64,000 nucleotides of DNA from an uncultured bacterium. Lineage in GTDB: Bacteria; Patescibacteriota; Minisyncoccia; Phycocordibacterales; Phycocordibacteraceae. Shown one piece after another: positions 55,988 to 64,000 of the stretch. Where the stretch lies: the NCBI GenBank assembly GCA_903825105.1, contig CAIJZI010000006.1:1399-65398 (forward strand), in the 5' to 3' direction. The stretch's first letter is position 1, and each line of letters opens with the position of its first letter. The notes beneath the pieces are model-generated. The model was given only the letters and a program-made list of their open reading frames with translations. It did no database searches and had not been told where the DNA came from. A program made the position numbers and the translations under genes.

Positions 55988-57034
55988 ATGAAGAAACAGA
56001 CAAAAACAGTGACTTTTTCATTTGACAGTGCTGCCTTGGTGAAGCGCCTTTTAGCTGCCACTCCAGAGCGTGCGCGCGGCGTTATTATCGAGCGTTTTGG
56101 CCTTGGGACGAATCCTGAACGCGAGACACTTGAAGCGATCGGTGACCGCTCGAGCATCACGCGTGAGCGTGTCCGCCAGATCGAGGCTGCAGGTCTCGAC
56201 GCGATTCGCGCGAGCAAAGTTTTTAAAGAATCGAGGGTTGCTTTTGATGAGATTGTTAAGTACATCCACTCGCTCGGAGCGATGGTTCCTGAAGAGGCAC
56301 TCCTCGCTGGATTTGGAAAAGATGAAAAGAGTCGTAACCGATTCCGTTTTTTCCTTATGCTCGACTCCGCTTTCATTCGTGAACGCGAGACCAATGACTT
56401 CCTCGCGCGTTGGCATGTTGACGCAGGGACAGCGAAGAGCATCCACGACGCCCTCTCTAAACTCTATTCAAAGTTGTCAGACGATGAGGTGATTACCGAA
56501 AGCGACATTCTCGATCGCTTCCTCGACGAGCTTAAAAGCGTGAACGACGCATACAAAAATGAAGAAGTGTTGAAACGATGGCTATCGCTCTCGAAGCACA
56601 TCGGTAGCAATCCACTTTCTCAGTGGGGTAAGACGACTGCGCCAGCGATTCGTATTAAGGGTATTCGCGATTATGCGTATCTCGCTATCAAGAGAAACGG
56701 CGCACCGATGCACTTCTCTGATGTTTCAAAAGCGATCGGCACACTCTTTTCTAAAGAGGCACACATCGCGACGACACATAACGAGCTTATTAAAGATCCT
56801 CGCTTTGTTCTTGTTGGTCGCGGCCTCTACGCGCTCTCTGAATGGGGATATGCTCCGGGGGTGGTACGCGATGTAATCCGCGAGACACTCGACAAGAATG
56901 GCCCGATGAAGAAGGAAGAAATAATGACTCATGTGAAGAAAGCTCGCTTTGTGAAAGACAATACGATTCTCGTTAACTTAAACGATTCACATTACTTCAA
57001 GCGCTTGAAAGACGGAAGATATTCAGCAGTGTAA
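55988..57034 (+). CDS. Sigma70 region-4 plus HARE-HTH DNA-binding protein
   Basis: RFGL..ETLEAIG..ITRERVRQIE; PMHFSDV..THNELIKDPRFVLVGRGLYAL. Confidence 0.85.
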   Translation: MKKQTKTVTFSFDSAALVKRLLAATPERARGVIIERFGLGTNPERETLEAIGDRSSITRERVRQIEAAGLDAIRASKVFKESRVAFDEIVKYIHSLGAMVPEEALLAGFGKDEKSRNRFRFFLMLDSAFIRERETNDFLARWHVDAGTAKSIHDALSKLYSKLSDDEVITESDILDRFLDELKSVNDAYKNEEVLKRWLSLSKHIGSNPLSQWGKTTAPAIRIKGIRDYAYLAIKRNGAPMHFSDVSKAIGTLFSKEAHIATTHNELIKDPRFVLVGRGLYALSEWGYAPGVVRDVIRETLDKNGPMKKEEIMTHVKKARFVKDNTILVNLNDSHYFKRLKDGRYSAV

Positions 57035-57053
57035 GATTCAATAATAAGTTATT

Positions 57054-57086
57054 AAGCACCCGTGTTCATAAACACGGGTGCTTTTT
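57054..57086 (+). terminator. Intrinsic terminator
   Basis: AAGCACCCGTGTT-CATA-AACACGGGTGCTT-TTT. Confidence 0.8.
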
Positions 57087-57100
57087 GATATACTGAAAGA

Positions 57101-58528
57101 ATGGCGCCTCCAAGTAAAGATAAAAAACCAGAAAAAAAGCCAGAAAAAAAACCTGAACCAAAAAAAGATTCAAAAAAAAGTGGGGGGTTAAAGTTGCCGT
57201 ATTTCGACGACATTAAAAAGTACAATGATAAGTTAGTTGAAAACACCGGCATTCGGTTGAGTCCATGGCTTATATTCATTGTTGGTACTGTTATTCTCAT
57301 CCTTGGATTTCTCATCGCAGGGAATATGGTGTCGCTCGCGCTCTCGATCGCACTTTTCTTGGCGCCACTCTGGTTGCCGGTTCTCCTCCTTGGCGGAGCA
57401 TCAGCGCTCGGGATTATTTTAAAACGCTCTGAATTTATCTTTTCTCAAAAAACAATTTTGCTTGAGATAAAGCCGCCTCGCGACTTGGTGAAGACACCGC
57501 TCGCGATGGAAGCCTTTCTCTCTAATATGAACATCGGTTCTGGCGAGGGAACCTGGTATGCAAAGTCGCAGGGTAAGGTTCGCCCGTGGTGGTCACTTGA
57601 GATCGCCTCGCTTGAGGGCCAAGTACATTTCTTTATTTGGACGCGAGTAATTTTTAAACCGGTTATTGAAGCGCAGTTGTACGCGCAGTATCCAGGCGTG
57701 CAGGTTGTCGAAGCGCCTGACTATACCCGATTTATTTCTGCAGATCCTGAAGAATTTGGCTCGTGGGGCTGTGATTTTATTCATGTCGACAAAGATCCGA
57801 TACCGATTAGAACCTATATTGAATACGGGCTCGATAAGGTGCAGAAGGAACCAGAACAGGTCGACCCACTCGCGAACATTATTGAATTTATGGGCTCACT
57901 TGGGAAAGGAGAATATCTCTGGCTCCAATTTGTGATCAGAATGCACAAGGGCGAGAAATATAATAAATTAAATGCGAAAGGCAAGGTGTATACATGGACC
58001 GATGAAGCAGGAGAATTGGTAAATGAAATTCGTGCTGCGGCGAAAGATAAAGATGCACCTGGCCCAGGAATGCCAACTAAAGGTCAGGCAGATAAAATTG
58101 CTGCGATTGAGAGAAATGTTTCAAAACAAGCCTTCGATGTTGGCGCACGCGGGATTTATATCGCGAAGAAAGAGTCGTTTAATGCGGCACGCATACAAGG
58201 GATAATAAGTATGTTCAATGTCGTGAGTTCGAAGGGTTGGAATGGGCTTCGCCCGACGGGGTGGATGACTATGTTTAGTGATTACCCGTGGGAATTCGGC
58301 GTAGATAAATTAAAAAATGCGGTGAGAAGGGCAATGGTTGAAGCGTATCGCCGTCGACAATTTTTCTTCGAGCCATTTTCATTTGGTGTTGCGAAGGACA
58401 AAATAATGGTGATGAGTACCGAAGAGATCGCGACAGTATTTCACATCCCATCTCGCGCGGTAGAGACGCCAACCTTGGGCCGTATCCAGTCAGCGACGAG
58501 CGAGGCCCCGAGCAATCTGCCGGTATAA
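57101..58528 (+). CDS. Conserved CPR-type membrane protein resembling the N-terminal region of T4SS-type ATPases
   Basis: LLEIKPP, WSLEIAS, YAQYP, PIRTY, DPL, TEEIATVFHIP; parallels LELAI/FP/PLKDY/DPL/RELTTIYHFP in 9527..12310. Confidence 0.7.
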   Translation: MAPPSKDKKPEKKPEKKPEPKKDSKKSGGLKLPYFDDIKKYNDKLVENTGIRLSPWLIFIVGTVILILGFLIAGNMVSLALSIALFLAPLWLPVLLLGGASALGIILKRSEFIFSQKTILLEIKPPRDLVKTPLAMEAFLSNMNIGSGEGTWYAKSQGKVRPWWSLEIASLEGQVHFFIWTRVIFKPVIEAQLYAQYPGVQVVEAPDYTRFISADPEEFGSWGCDFIHVDKDPIPIRTYIEYGLDKVQKEPEQVDPLANIIEFMGSLGKGEYLWLQFVIRMHKGEKYNKLNAKGKVYTWTDEAGELVNEIRAAAKDKDAPGPGMPTKGQADKIAAIERNVSKQAFDVGARGIYIAKKESFNAARIQGIISMFNVVSSKGWNGLRPTGWMTMFSDYPWEFGVDKLKNAVRRAMVEAYRRRQFFFEPFSFGVAKDKIMVMSTEEIATVFHIPSRAVETPTLGRIQSATSEAPSNLPV

Positions 58529-58530
58529 CT

Positions 58531-59457
58531 ATGGATAAAGTGAAGCGAAATCTTTCGTTAGTAATAGCTTTTGTCTTAAAACATAAAATAAAGTTCTCTA
58601 TCGGATTTGCTTTTGTCGTTATACTTTTTAGTGTTTATTATTCTCTCTTGGCTCCGCCAAGAAATTTCCCGTCAGGGAATATCGTGATTATCGCACAGGG
58701 GACATCAGCGCCGGATGTGGCCAGTGAGCTCGCTCGTGCGCATATTATTTCTCACTCTGGAGTACTGCGTTTTATTCTTCGTCTCTCGGGCGAGAGCGAG
58801 CGAATACATGTCGGCGCATATCGTTTTGCATCGCCAGAAAATGTGTGTGTTGTCGCTTATCGCCTCATCGTGGGCGATTATGGTCTGCCACTCGTTCGTC
58901 TCACTTTCCCCGAAGGGGTGACGGTGCGTGATATCGCCGCACAAGTGGCAGATAACTTTCCATCCATTTCTGCAGAGAGTTTTGGAGAAGAAGCAAAAGC
59001 GTATGAAGGGTATCTCTTCCCAGATACTTATTTTTTCCCTTCGGGCACTGAAGCATCGACCATTCTTTCTGCTTTGCGAAATAATTTTAATTCAAAAACA
59101 GCGTCGTTATCTGGAAAAGTTTTGTCATCAGGGCACTCACTTTCAGACAGTATTATTATGGCGTCGATTATTGAAAAAGAGGCGAATACTGACAAAGATC
59201 GCCATATCATTTCTGGCATTCTCTGGAGCCGGCTCGCTATCGGGATGCCACTTCAGGTCGATGTCGCGCGCGAGACTTATACTCACAAAGGCCTGCCGAG
59301 AGAGCCGATTTGTAATCCGGGGCTTGAATCAATCAAAGCCGCGCTCGAGCCGACGAAGACGAATTATCTTTATTATCTCACCGGCAGAGACGGCCTGATG
59401 CACTACTCCACCACCTTCGCTGGTCATCAGGCGAATGTACGAAAGTATTTGAATTAA
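58531..59457 (+). CDS. mltG: Endolytic transglycosylase MltG
   Basis: TFPEG, EGYLFPDTY, MASIIEKEA, GMPLQVD, PICNPG. Confidence 0.9.
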   Translation: MDKVKRNLSLVIAFVLKHKIKFSIGFAFVVILFSVYYSLLAPPRNFPSGNIVIIAQGTSAPDVASELARAHIISHSGVLRFILRLSGESERIHVGAYRFASPENVCVVAYRLIVGDYGLPLVRLTFPEGVTVRDIAAQVADNFPSISAESFGEEAKAYEGYLFPDTYFFPSGTEASTILSALRNNFNSKTASLSGKVLSSGHSLSDSIIMASIIEKEANTDKDRHIISGILWSRLAIGMPLQVDVARETYTHKGLPREPICNPGLESIKAALEPTKTNYLYYLTGRDGLMHYSTTFAGHQANVRKYLN

Positions 59458-59522
59458 ATCGCGAGGTTCGACCTCACGGGAAGGAGATAGTCATACATTG
59501 ATGAATGTGATTAGATACAGTT

Positions 59523-60467
59523 ATGAACGCGAAGGGCAAGAAAATATTTGTTGGATTATCTGGCGGAGTGGACTCGGCGGTCTCTGCTGCACTGCTCAAA
59601 AAGGCAGGCGCCCTCGTGACCGGTGTTTTTATTAAAGGCTGGTACCCGGAGGGGATGCCGTGCACTTGGGCCGAGGAACGCCGCGACGCGATGCGAACAG
59701 CGGCGCGGCTCCAGATCCCTTTCCGTACCCTTGACGCGAGCGCGGAATATAAAAAGAGCGTGATTGACTACCTGCTCGCCGAATATCGCGCGGGGAGAAC
59801 GCCCAATCCTGATGTGATGTGCAATAAGGAAATAAAGTTCGGCGTCTTTTATCGCTATGCGCTTAGTCAGGGCGCTGACGCGATCGCGACCGGGCATTAT
59901 CGAAGTGGTGAAAAGAATCAAAGTTATTTTCTTTGGGCAGTGCCAAAAGAAATTTTGTCAAAAACATTTTTTCCGGTGGGTGAAATGAAAAAGGAAGAAG
60001 TGCGCAAACTCGCAAAAAAATTCAACATCCCCGTTTCAGAAAAGAAGGATAGCCAAGGAATCTGTTTTCTCGGCGCAGTCTCGGCAAAAGAATTTTTGAT
60101 AAAAGAATTGGGAACTGACAACCCTGCGCTCCTTTACACCCTTGGTCAGAGAGTCTCATCTCTAGGTGGAGGCGAGAGACAGTATGTCGTTGGGAAAAAT
60201 GTTGAGAAAAAAGAATTAATAGTGAGTAAGAGTAGGCAGCAGGAGACAGTTTCAGAAATAAAATTCACTGACGCGAATTGGTTTAGCGATCAGACGAATG
60301 CCGCTACCGCACAATGCCGTTATCGAGGGCGCTTTACGCCGGGGAAGATAGAAGGCGAGCGTTTTATAGCCTCAGAGCCGCTTCAAGAGATCCCCACGCC
60401 CGGGCAGTCAATTGTCTTTTATGATGCTGGTGGCGAACTCGTCGGAGGTGGTATTATTACTGAATGA
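59523..60467 (+). CDS. mnmA: tRNA 2-thiouridylase MnmA (compact)
   Basis: SGGVDS, TPNPDVMCN, ATGHY, DSQGICF, TPGQ. Confidence 0.93.
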   Translation: MNAKGKKIFVGLSGGVDSAVSAALLKKAGALVTGVFIKGWYPEGMPCTWAEERRDAMRTAARLQIPFRTLDASAEYKKSVIDYLLAEYRAGRTPNPDVMCNKEIKFGVFYRYALSQGADAIATGHYRSGEKNQSYFLWAVPKEILSKTFFPVGEMKKEEVRKLAKKFNIPVSEKKDSQGICFLGAVSAKEFLIKELGTDNPALLYTLGQRVSSLGGGERQYVVGKNVEKKELIVSKSRQQETVSEIKFTDANWFSDQTNAATAQCRYRGRFTPGKIEGERFIASEPLQEIPTPGQSIVFYDAGGELVGGGIITE

Positions 60468-60874
60468 AACATAAGCGCTTCTGGATCGCCGCCTCCATCA
60501 TTGCTTGTATCGTCATTATCGGCTTTGTGCTTTCGGTCCCGCACACGCACGATGTAAAAACATCCTTGAATAAAAATGATGCCACTGCTGTTCCGGTGGT
60601 CGCTCTTCACGATTCTTTTAAAAAAGGAGTACACACGATTACTGGCTCGATAGAAGTGCCGAATGCGTGCACACTCGCCACAGCGAATGCGACACTTTCA
60701 GGCGATGCGTCGAGTACACAAAAAATCGTTGTACAAGTTTCTGTGCCAGCTGATGAGGGTATGTGCCTACAAGTCCCGACGAAAATAAATTTCGGGGTGA
60801 AACTCTCTGCACCAGCACACCTGCCGATTGAGGCGACGATAAATGGGAGTGAGGCTTCGACCACTCTTTTATAA
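60464..60874 (+). CDS. Secreted/membrane-anchored hypothetical protein
   Basis: N-terminal TM; PNAC and CLQV Cys pair. Confidence 0.65.
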   Translation: MKHKRFWIAASIIACIVIIGFVLSVPHTHDVKTSLNKNDATAVPVVALHDSFKKGVHTITGSIEVPNACTLATANATLSGDASSTQKIVVQVSVPADEGMCLQVPTKINFGVKLSAPAHLPIEATINGSEASTTLL

Positions 60875-60877
60875 ATT

Positions 60878-61717
60878 ATGACGACGCTCCCGATCATCAC
60901 AAAAGCTGATGGTTCAAAAGAACATTTTGATCCGGAACGACTTACCGTCTCGCTTGAGCGATCAGGCGCGAGCGAATATTCTGCACAGAAAATTACTGAT
61001 TCGATTACCAGCACGATAGCGCCAGGCGCTTCATCAAAAGAGATTTATACGCGCGCCTTCTCACTCCTTCGTAGCGAAGCCCGCCCGGTCGCCGCGCGCT
61101 ACGCACTGCGTCGCGCACTGCTCGAGCTCGGACCCTCTGGGCACCCCTTTGAAGATTTCATCTCGCATCTCTATCGAAAAGAAGGTTGGAAGGTAGAGAC
61201 GCGGAAGATATTGCAGGGGAAGTGTGTTGCGCACGAAGTCGATTTCTACGCATCACACCCGGAGCGCAATATGTATATCGCCGCAGAGCTGAAATATCAC
61301 AATGATCCGGCATATAAAACAGATTTGAAAGTTGCTCTCTATGTAAAAGCTCGTTTTGATGACATCTTCGCATCAGATGAAGAGGTGCGATCACACCATA
61401 TCGATCGAGGGTTACTTGTAACGAATACGAAATTTACTTCAGAGGCGATCGCGTATGCAGAGTGCGCGGGCGTCGAACTCCTCGGTTGGGGGCACCCGGA
61501 TGAAAATAATCTTTTTATGCGGATGAGCCGAATGAAAGTGTATCCGATTACCGCCCTCACCGGGCTCTCGCGCGCAGAAAAGAGGTTGCTTATCGAACAG
61601 GGAACAATCGCTGTTGATGAAATCCTGCAGAACCGCAAGGCGCTCGATGTCTGTCACTTGTCTCCAGCGCAAGTCGGGGAGATTGTCGCCGAAGCGAACG
61701 GCCTTCTTGAACTATGA
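60878..61717 (+). CDS. ATP-cone plus Mrr-like endonuclease domain protein
   Basis: ITKADGSKEHFD; LGPSGHPFE, HEVD, ELKYH, LVTNTKFT. Confidence 0.85.
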   Translation: MTTLPIITKADGSKEHFDPERLTVSLERSGASEYSAQKITDSITSTIAPGASSKEIYTRAFSLLRSEARPVAARYALRRALLELGPSGHPFEDFISHLYRKEGWKVETRKILQGKCVAHEVDFYASHPERNMYIAAELKYHNDPAYKTDLKVALYVKARFDDIFASDEEVRSHHIDRGLLVTNTKFTSEAIAYAECAGVELLGWGHPDENNLFMRMSRMKVYPITALTGLSRAEKRLLIEQGTIAVDEILQNRKALDVCHLSPAQVGEIVAEANGLLEL

Positions 61718-62202
61718 AATTTTCAACCGGATCTTTTATCGCAGGTGTGATGCTCGGAGTGCTCCTCGCTGGTGCATGGTTCTTAAGTGGTAATCCGCCG
61801 ACACTCTCGTCGCTCTCGCCGTCATCTTTTTCTTTAGCGACAAGCACCGAGTCTTCTTCAGCAATTCAATTGGGCCAAAAAAGTGATGCGCTTTCTGTTT
61901 CGAATCAGTCGTTTGGCGCCACAGTTACTATTGAGTCAGTCACGGTGCCGCCACCGGGCGTGTGGGTCGCGGTACGCGAAGTAAATGGAAATACGCTCGG
62001 CAATGTGCTCGGCGCTGAACGAGTCGCTGGCCCAAGAAGCAATGTCTCGATTTCTCTTCTTCGCAATACTGAACCGAATCATCTCTACGCAGTCGAGCTC
62101 TACCGCGACGACAACAGTGGCGCATTCGATCCGTTCGCGAATAGTACTTATATAGACTTTGACACCGGAAACCGCGTTATTGTTTATTTTTCAACCAATT
62201 AA
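61714..62202 (+). CDS. Membrane-anchored hypothetical protein
   Basis: TM; WVAVRE, GNVLGA, LYRDD. Confidence 0.65.
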   Translation: MKFSTGSFIAGVMLGVLLAGAWFLSGNPPTLSSLSPSSFSLATSTESSSAIQLGQKSDALSVSNQSFGATVTIESVTVPPPGVWVAVREVNGNTLGNVLGAERVAGPRSNVSISLLRNTEPNHLYAVELYRDDNSGAFDPFANSTYIDFDTGNRVIVYFSTN

Positions 62203-62204
62203 TT

Positions 62205-62981
62205 ATGGCAAGACGCTCATCAACCTTTGATCCAAACTCCGGCGATCCATTTAAGGTGAGTCGTTCGAAGATTGATATGTTTTCAGAATGCCGCCGTTGT
62301 TCGTATCTCGATTTAAAACTCGGTGTGAAGCGGCCTTCAGGCCCATCATTCACCTTAAATAATGCGGTCGACGAATTATTAAAAAGAGAATTCGATATTC
62401 ACCGCGAGAATAAAACAACACATCCGCTTTTAAAAAAGTACGGACTCGATGCGGTACCGCTGGCTGATGAACGAATGGACGAATGGCGCGACGCGCTTCG
62501 CCGCGGCATTGCCTATCTCCACAAACCGACCAATCTTCTCGTGCGTGGCGGCATTGACGATGTGTGGGTGAATCCCGCAGGCGAACTCATTATTGTTGAT
62601 TATAAAGCGACGAGTAAAAAACTGGGCCCGAGTTCTGAAGACGATCTCTATGATTCGTATAAAAGGCAGATGGAAATTTATCAATGGCTCTTTCGTAGAA
62701 ATGACTTCGCGGTGTCGCCCGTGGGTTACTTTGTTTATGTAAATGGAAAATCTGATGCAAAAGCCTTTGACGGTAAACTCGAATTCGATATCGAGCTCAT
62801 CCCCTACGCCGGTAGCGACGCTTGGGTCGAGCCGGCGATTTATGATTTAAAAGAAATGTTAATGAGCGACGAGATCCCACCGATCGGTACCTCCTTTGGC
62901 GGCGGCCCCTGCGACTTCTGTACCTATCGCGAAGCCGCGGGCAAAAAACTGCAAGAATTACATAAAAATCATAAAGCATGA
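62205..62981 (+). CDS. PD-(D/E)XK nuclease (RecB/Cas4-like)
   Basis: SRSKI..CRRC, GGIDD, IVDYKAT, QMEIY, CDFC. Confidence 0.85.
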   Translation: MARRSSTFDPNSGDPFKVSRSKIDMFSECRRCSYLDLKLGVKRPSGPSFTLNNAVDELLKREFDIHRENKTTHPLLKKYGLDAVPLADERMDEWRDALRRGIAYLHKPTNLLVRGGIDDVWVNPAGELIIVDYKATSKKLGPSSEDDLYDSYKRQMEIYQWLFRRNDFAVSPVGYFVYVNGKSDAKAFDGKLEFDIELIPYAGSDAWVEPAIYDLKEMLMSDEIPPIGTSFGGGPCDFCTYREAAGKKLQELHKNHKA

Positions 62982-63667
62982 ATGTGAGAATCGATCCGTC
63001 GTGGGAGGAAAGGCTGAAAGAAGAATTCGAGAAGCCATATTTTAAAGAGCTGACGGAGTTTGTGAAGAATGAATATAAAAATGAAATCGTCTATCCGGCG
63101 CCTGGGTTTATCTTCCGCGCTTTTGATTTGTGTCCATTTGAAAAAGTAAAAGTCGTGATCTTAGGTCAAGACCCGTATCACGGGAAGGGCCAGGCGAATG
63201 GCCTCGCATTCGCTGTTGATGAAAAAATAACTGTCCCGCCATCTTTGCAAAATATTTATAAAGAAATTCAAAGCGATTTTGCTGTGCCCTGCGTAGCTTT
63301 TAGCGAAGCAGGGGCGAAGAAGAGTAGTCTTGAACATTGGGCAGAGCAGGGCGTTTTACTTCTTAATGCAACGCTGACCGTTCGCGCGAACATCGCTGGC
63401 TCGCATCAGGGTAAAGGCTGGGAACTTTTTACCGATGCAGTTATTAAAAAACTTTCAGACGAGCGCGAGAATCTCGTCTTTATCTTGTGGGGGAATTATG
63501 CGAAGGCGAAGGGCGCGCAGATTGATCGAGAGAAACATCTCGTTCTCGAAGCGCCGCACCCATCGCCCTTTTCTGCCTACAGCGGCTTCTTCGGCTGTAA
63601 ACATTTTAGTAAAGCGAATGAGTATTTAATCGTTCAGGGAGAGACACCAATCGATTGGCTCTCGTAA
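62978..63667 (+). CDS. ung: Uracil-DNA glycosylase
   Basis: GQDPYH, PPSLQNI, QGVLLLN, HPSPFS. Confidence 0.96.
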   Translation: MNVRIDPSWEERLKEEFEKPYFKELTEFVKNEYKNEIVYPAPGFIFRAFDLCPFEKVKVVILGQDPYHGKGQANGLAFAVDEKITVPPSLQNIYKEIQSDFAVPCVAFSEAGAKKSSLEHWAEQGVLLLNATLTVRANIAGSHQGKGWELFTDAVIKKLSDERENLVFILWGNYAKAKGAQIDREKHLVLEAPHPSPFSAYSGFFGCKHFSKANEYLIVQGETPIDWLS

Positions 63668-63728
63668 GTTGCTTTTATAAATAAATGTGGTAGATTAAAC
63701 GGCAGATTCGTACCAAAAGGAGTAGTTC

Positions 63729-63968
63729 ATGGTAACCAAAATAACGGCAATTGTTGGAATCCTTGCGTTTTTCGTGGCCGCGATTGCACTTTTCTACAGA
63801 GACTCTCTCAGAGCACAGATTCGTGCACTCACACAAGCGAGAGACTATAAGGGCATAGAACTCGGACCGTACATCAACAGAATCGAGTTCTTCACTAAGC
63901 TTGCATGGTGGGCCGGAGTCGTACTGGCGATCAGCACTGTTACCTGCTATCTATCTGCGCAATGGTGA
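63729..63968 (+). CDS. Small two-TM hypothetical protein
   Basis: SD AAGGAG; two hydrophobic segments. Confidence 0.55.
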   Translation: MVTKITAIVGILAFFVAAIALFYRDSLRAQIRALTQARDYKGIELGPYINRIEFFTKLAWWAGVVLAISTVTCYLSAQW

Positions 63969-64000
63969 ATTGAGGAATTTTGAAAAGGCCGTGGGGAACC

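Noticed and set aside
62205-62981. Cas4 / CRISPR-associated gene
   Set aside because: Solo PD-(D/E)XK nuclease in a housekeeping run; no array or other cas genes

Overview
Window from a small-genome bacterium that looks like a Patescibacteria/CPR member (Parcubacteria-like). This is inferred from gene content: VirB4/TraD-like ATPase, DUF5663-like, sigma-r4/HARE-HTH protein, sortase/CARDB surface proteins and reduced UvrC/MnmA/Tgt. The core carries iscS, clpB, rpmG, tgt, uvrB/A/C, ddl, five tRNAs, ychF, leuS, mltG, mnmA and ung. The main discovery is a 15.26-kb integrative element (36231-51488) inserted by a large serine recombinase at a GT dinucleotide in codon 7 of ychF. The native ychF start (MLKIGIV*) is stranded at attL, the element supplies a replacement ychF N-terminus from inside the recombinase gene, and excision would swap the recombinase's 11-aa tail for a 42-aa tail encoded just inside attL. 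The element also encodes a primase-helicase, an Xis-like HTH, a 12-Cys mini-protein and restriction-modification-type cargo (Z1+Dcm, NucS-like/DUF5655, EcoRI-family MTase + DUF262-HNH, DUF2130). Other signals: several families of short palindromes inserted in frame in housekeeping genes, a promoter- and terminator-bounded structured ~245-nt RNA candidate before uvrA, pervasive leaderless-type gene starts contrasting with SD-led solo cassettes, and antisense hairpins against tRNA 3' ends. All family assignments are by motif recognition only; no searches were run.
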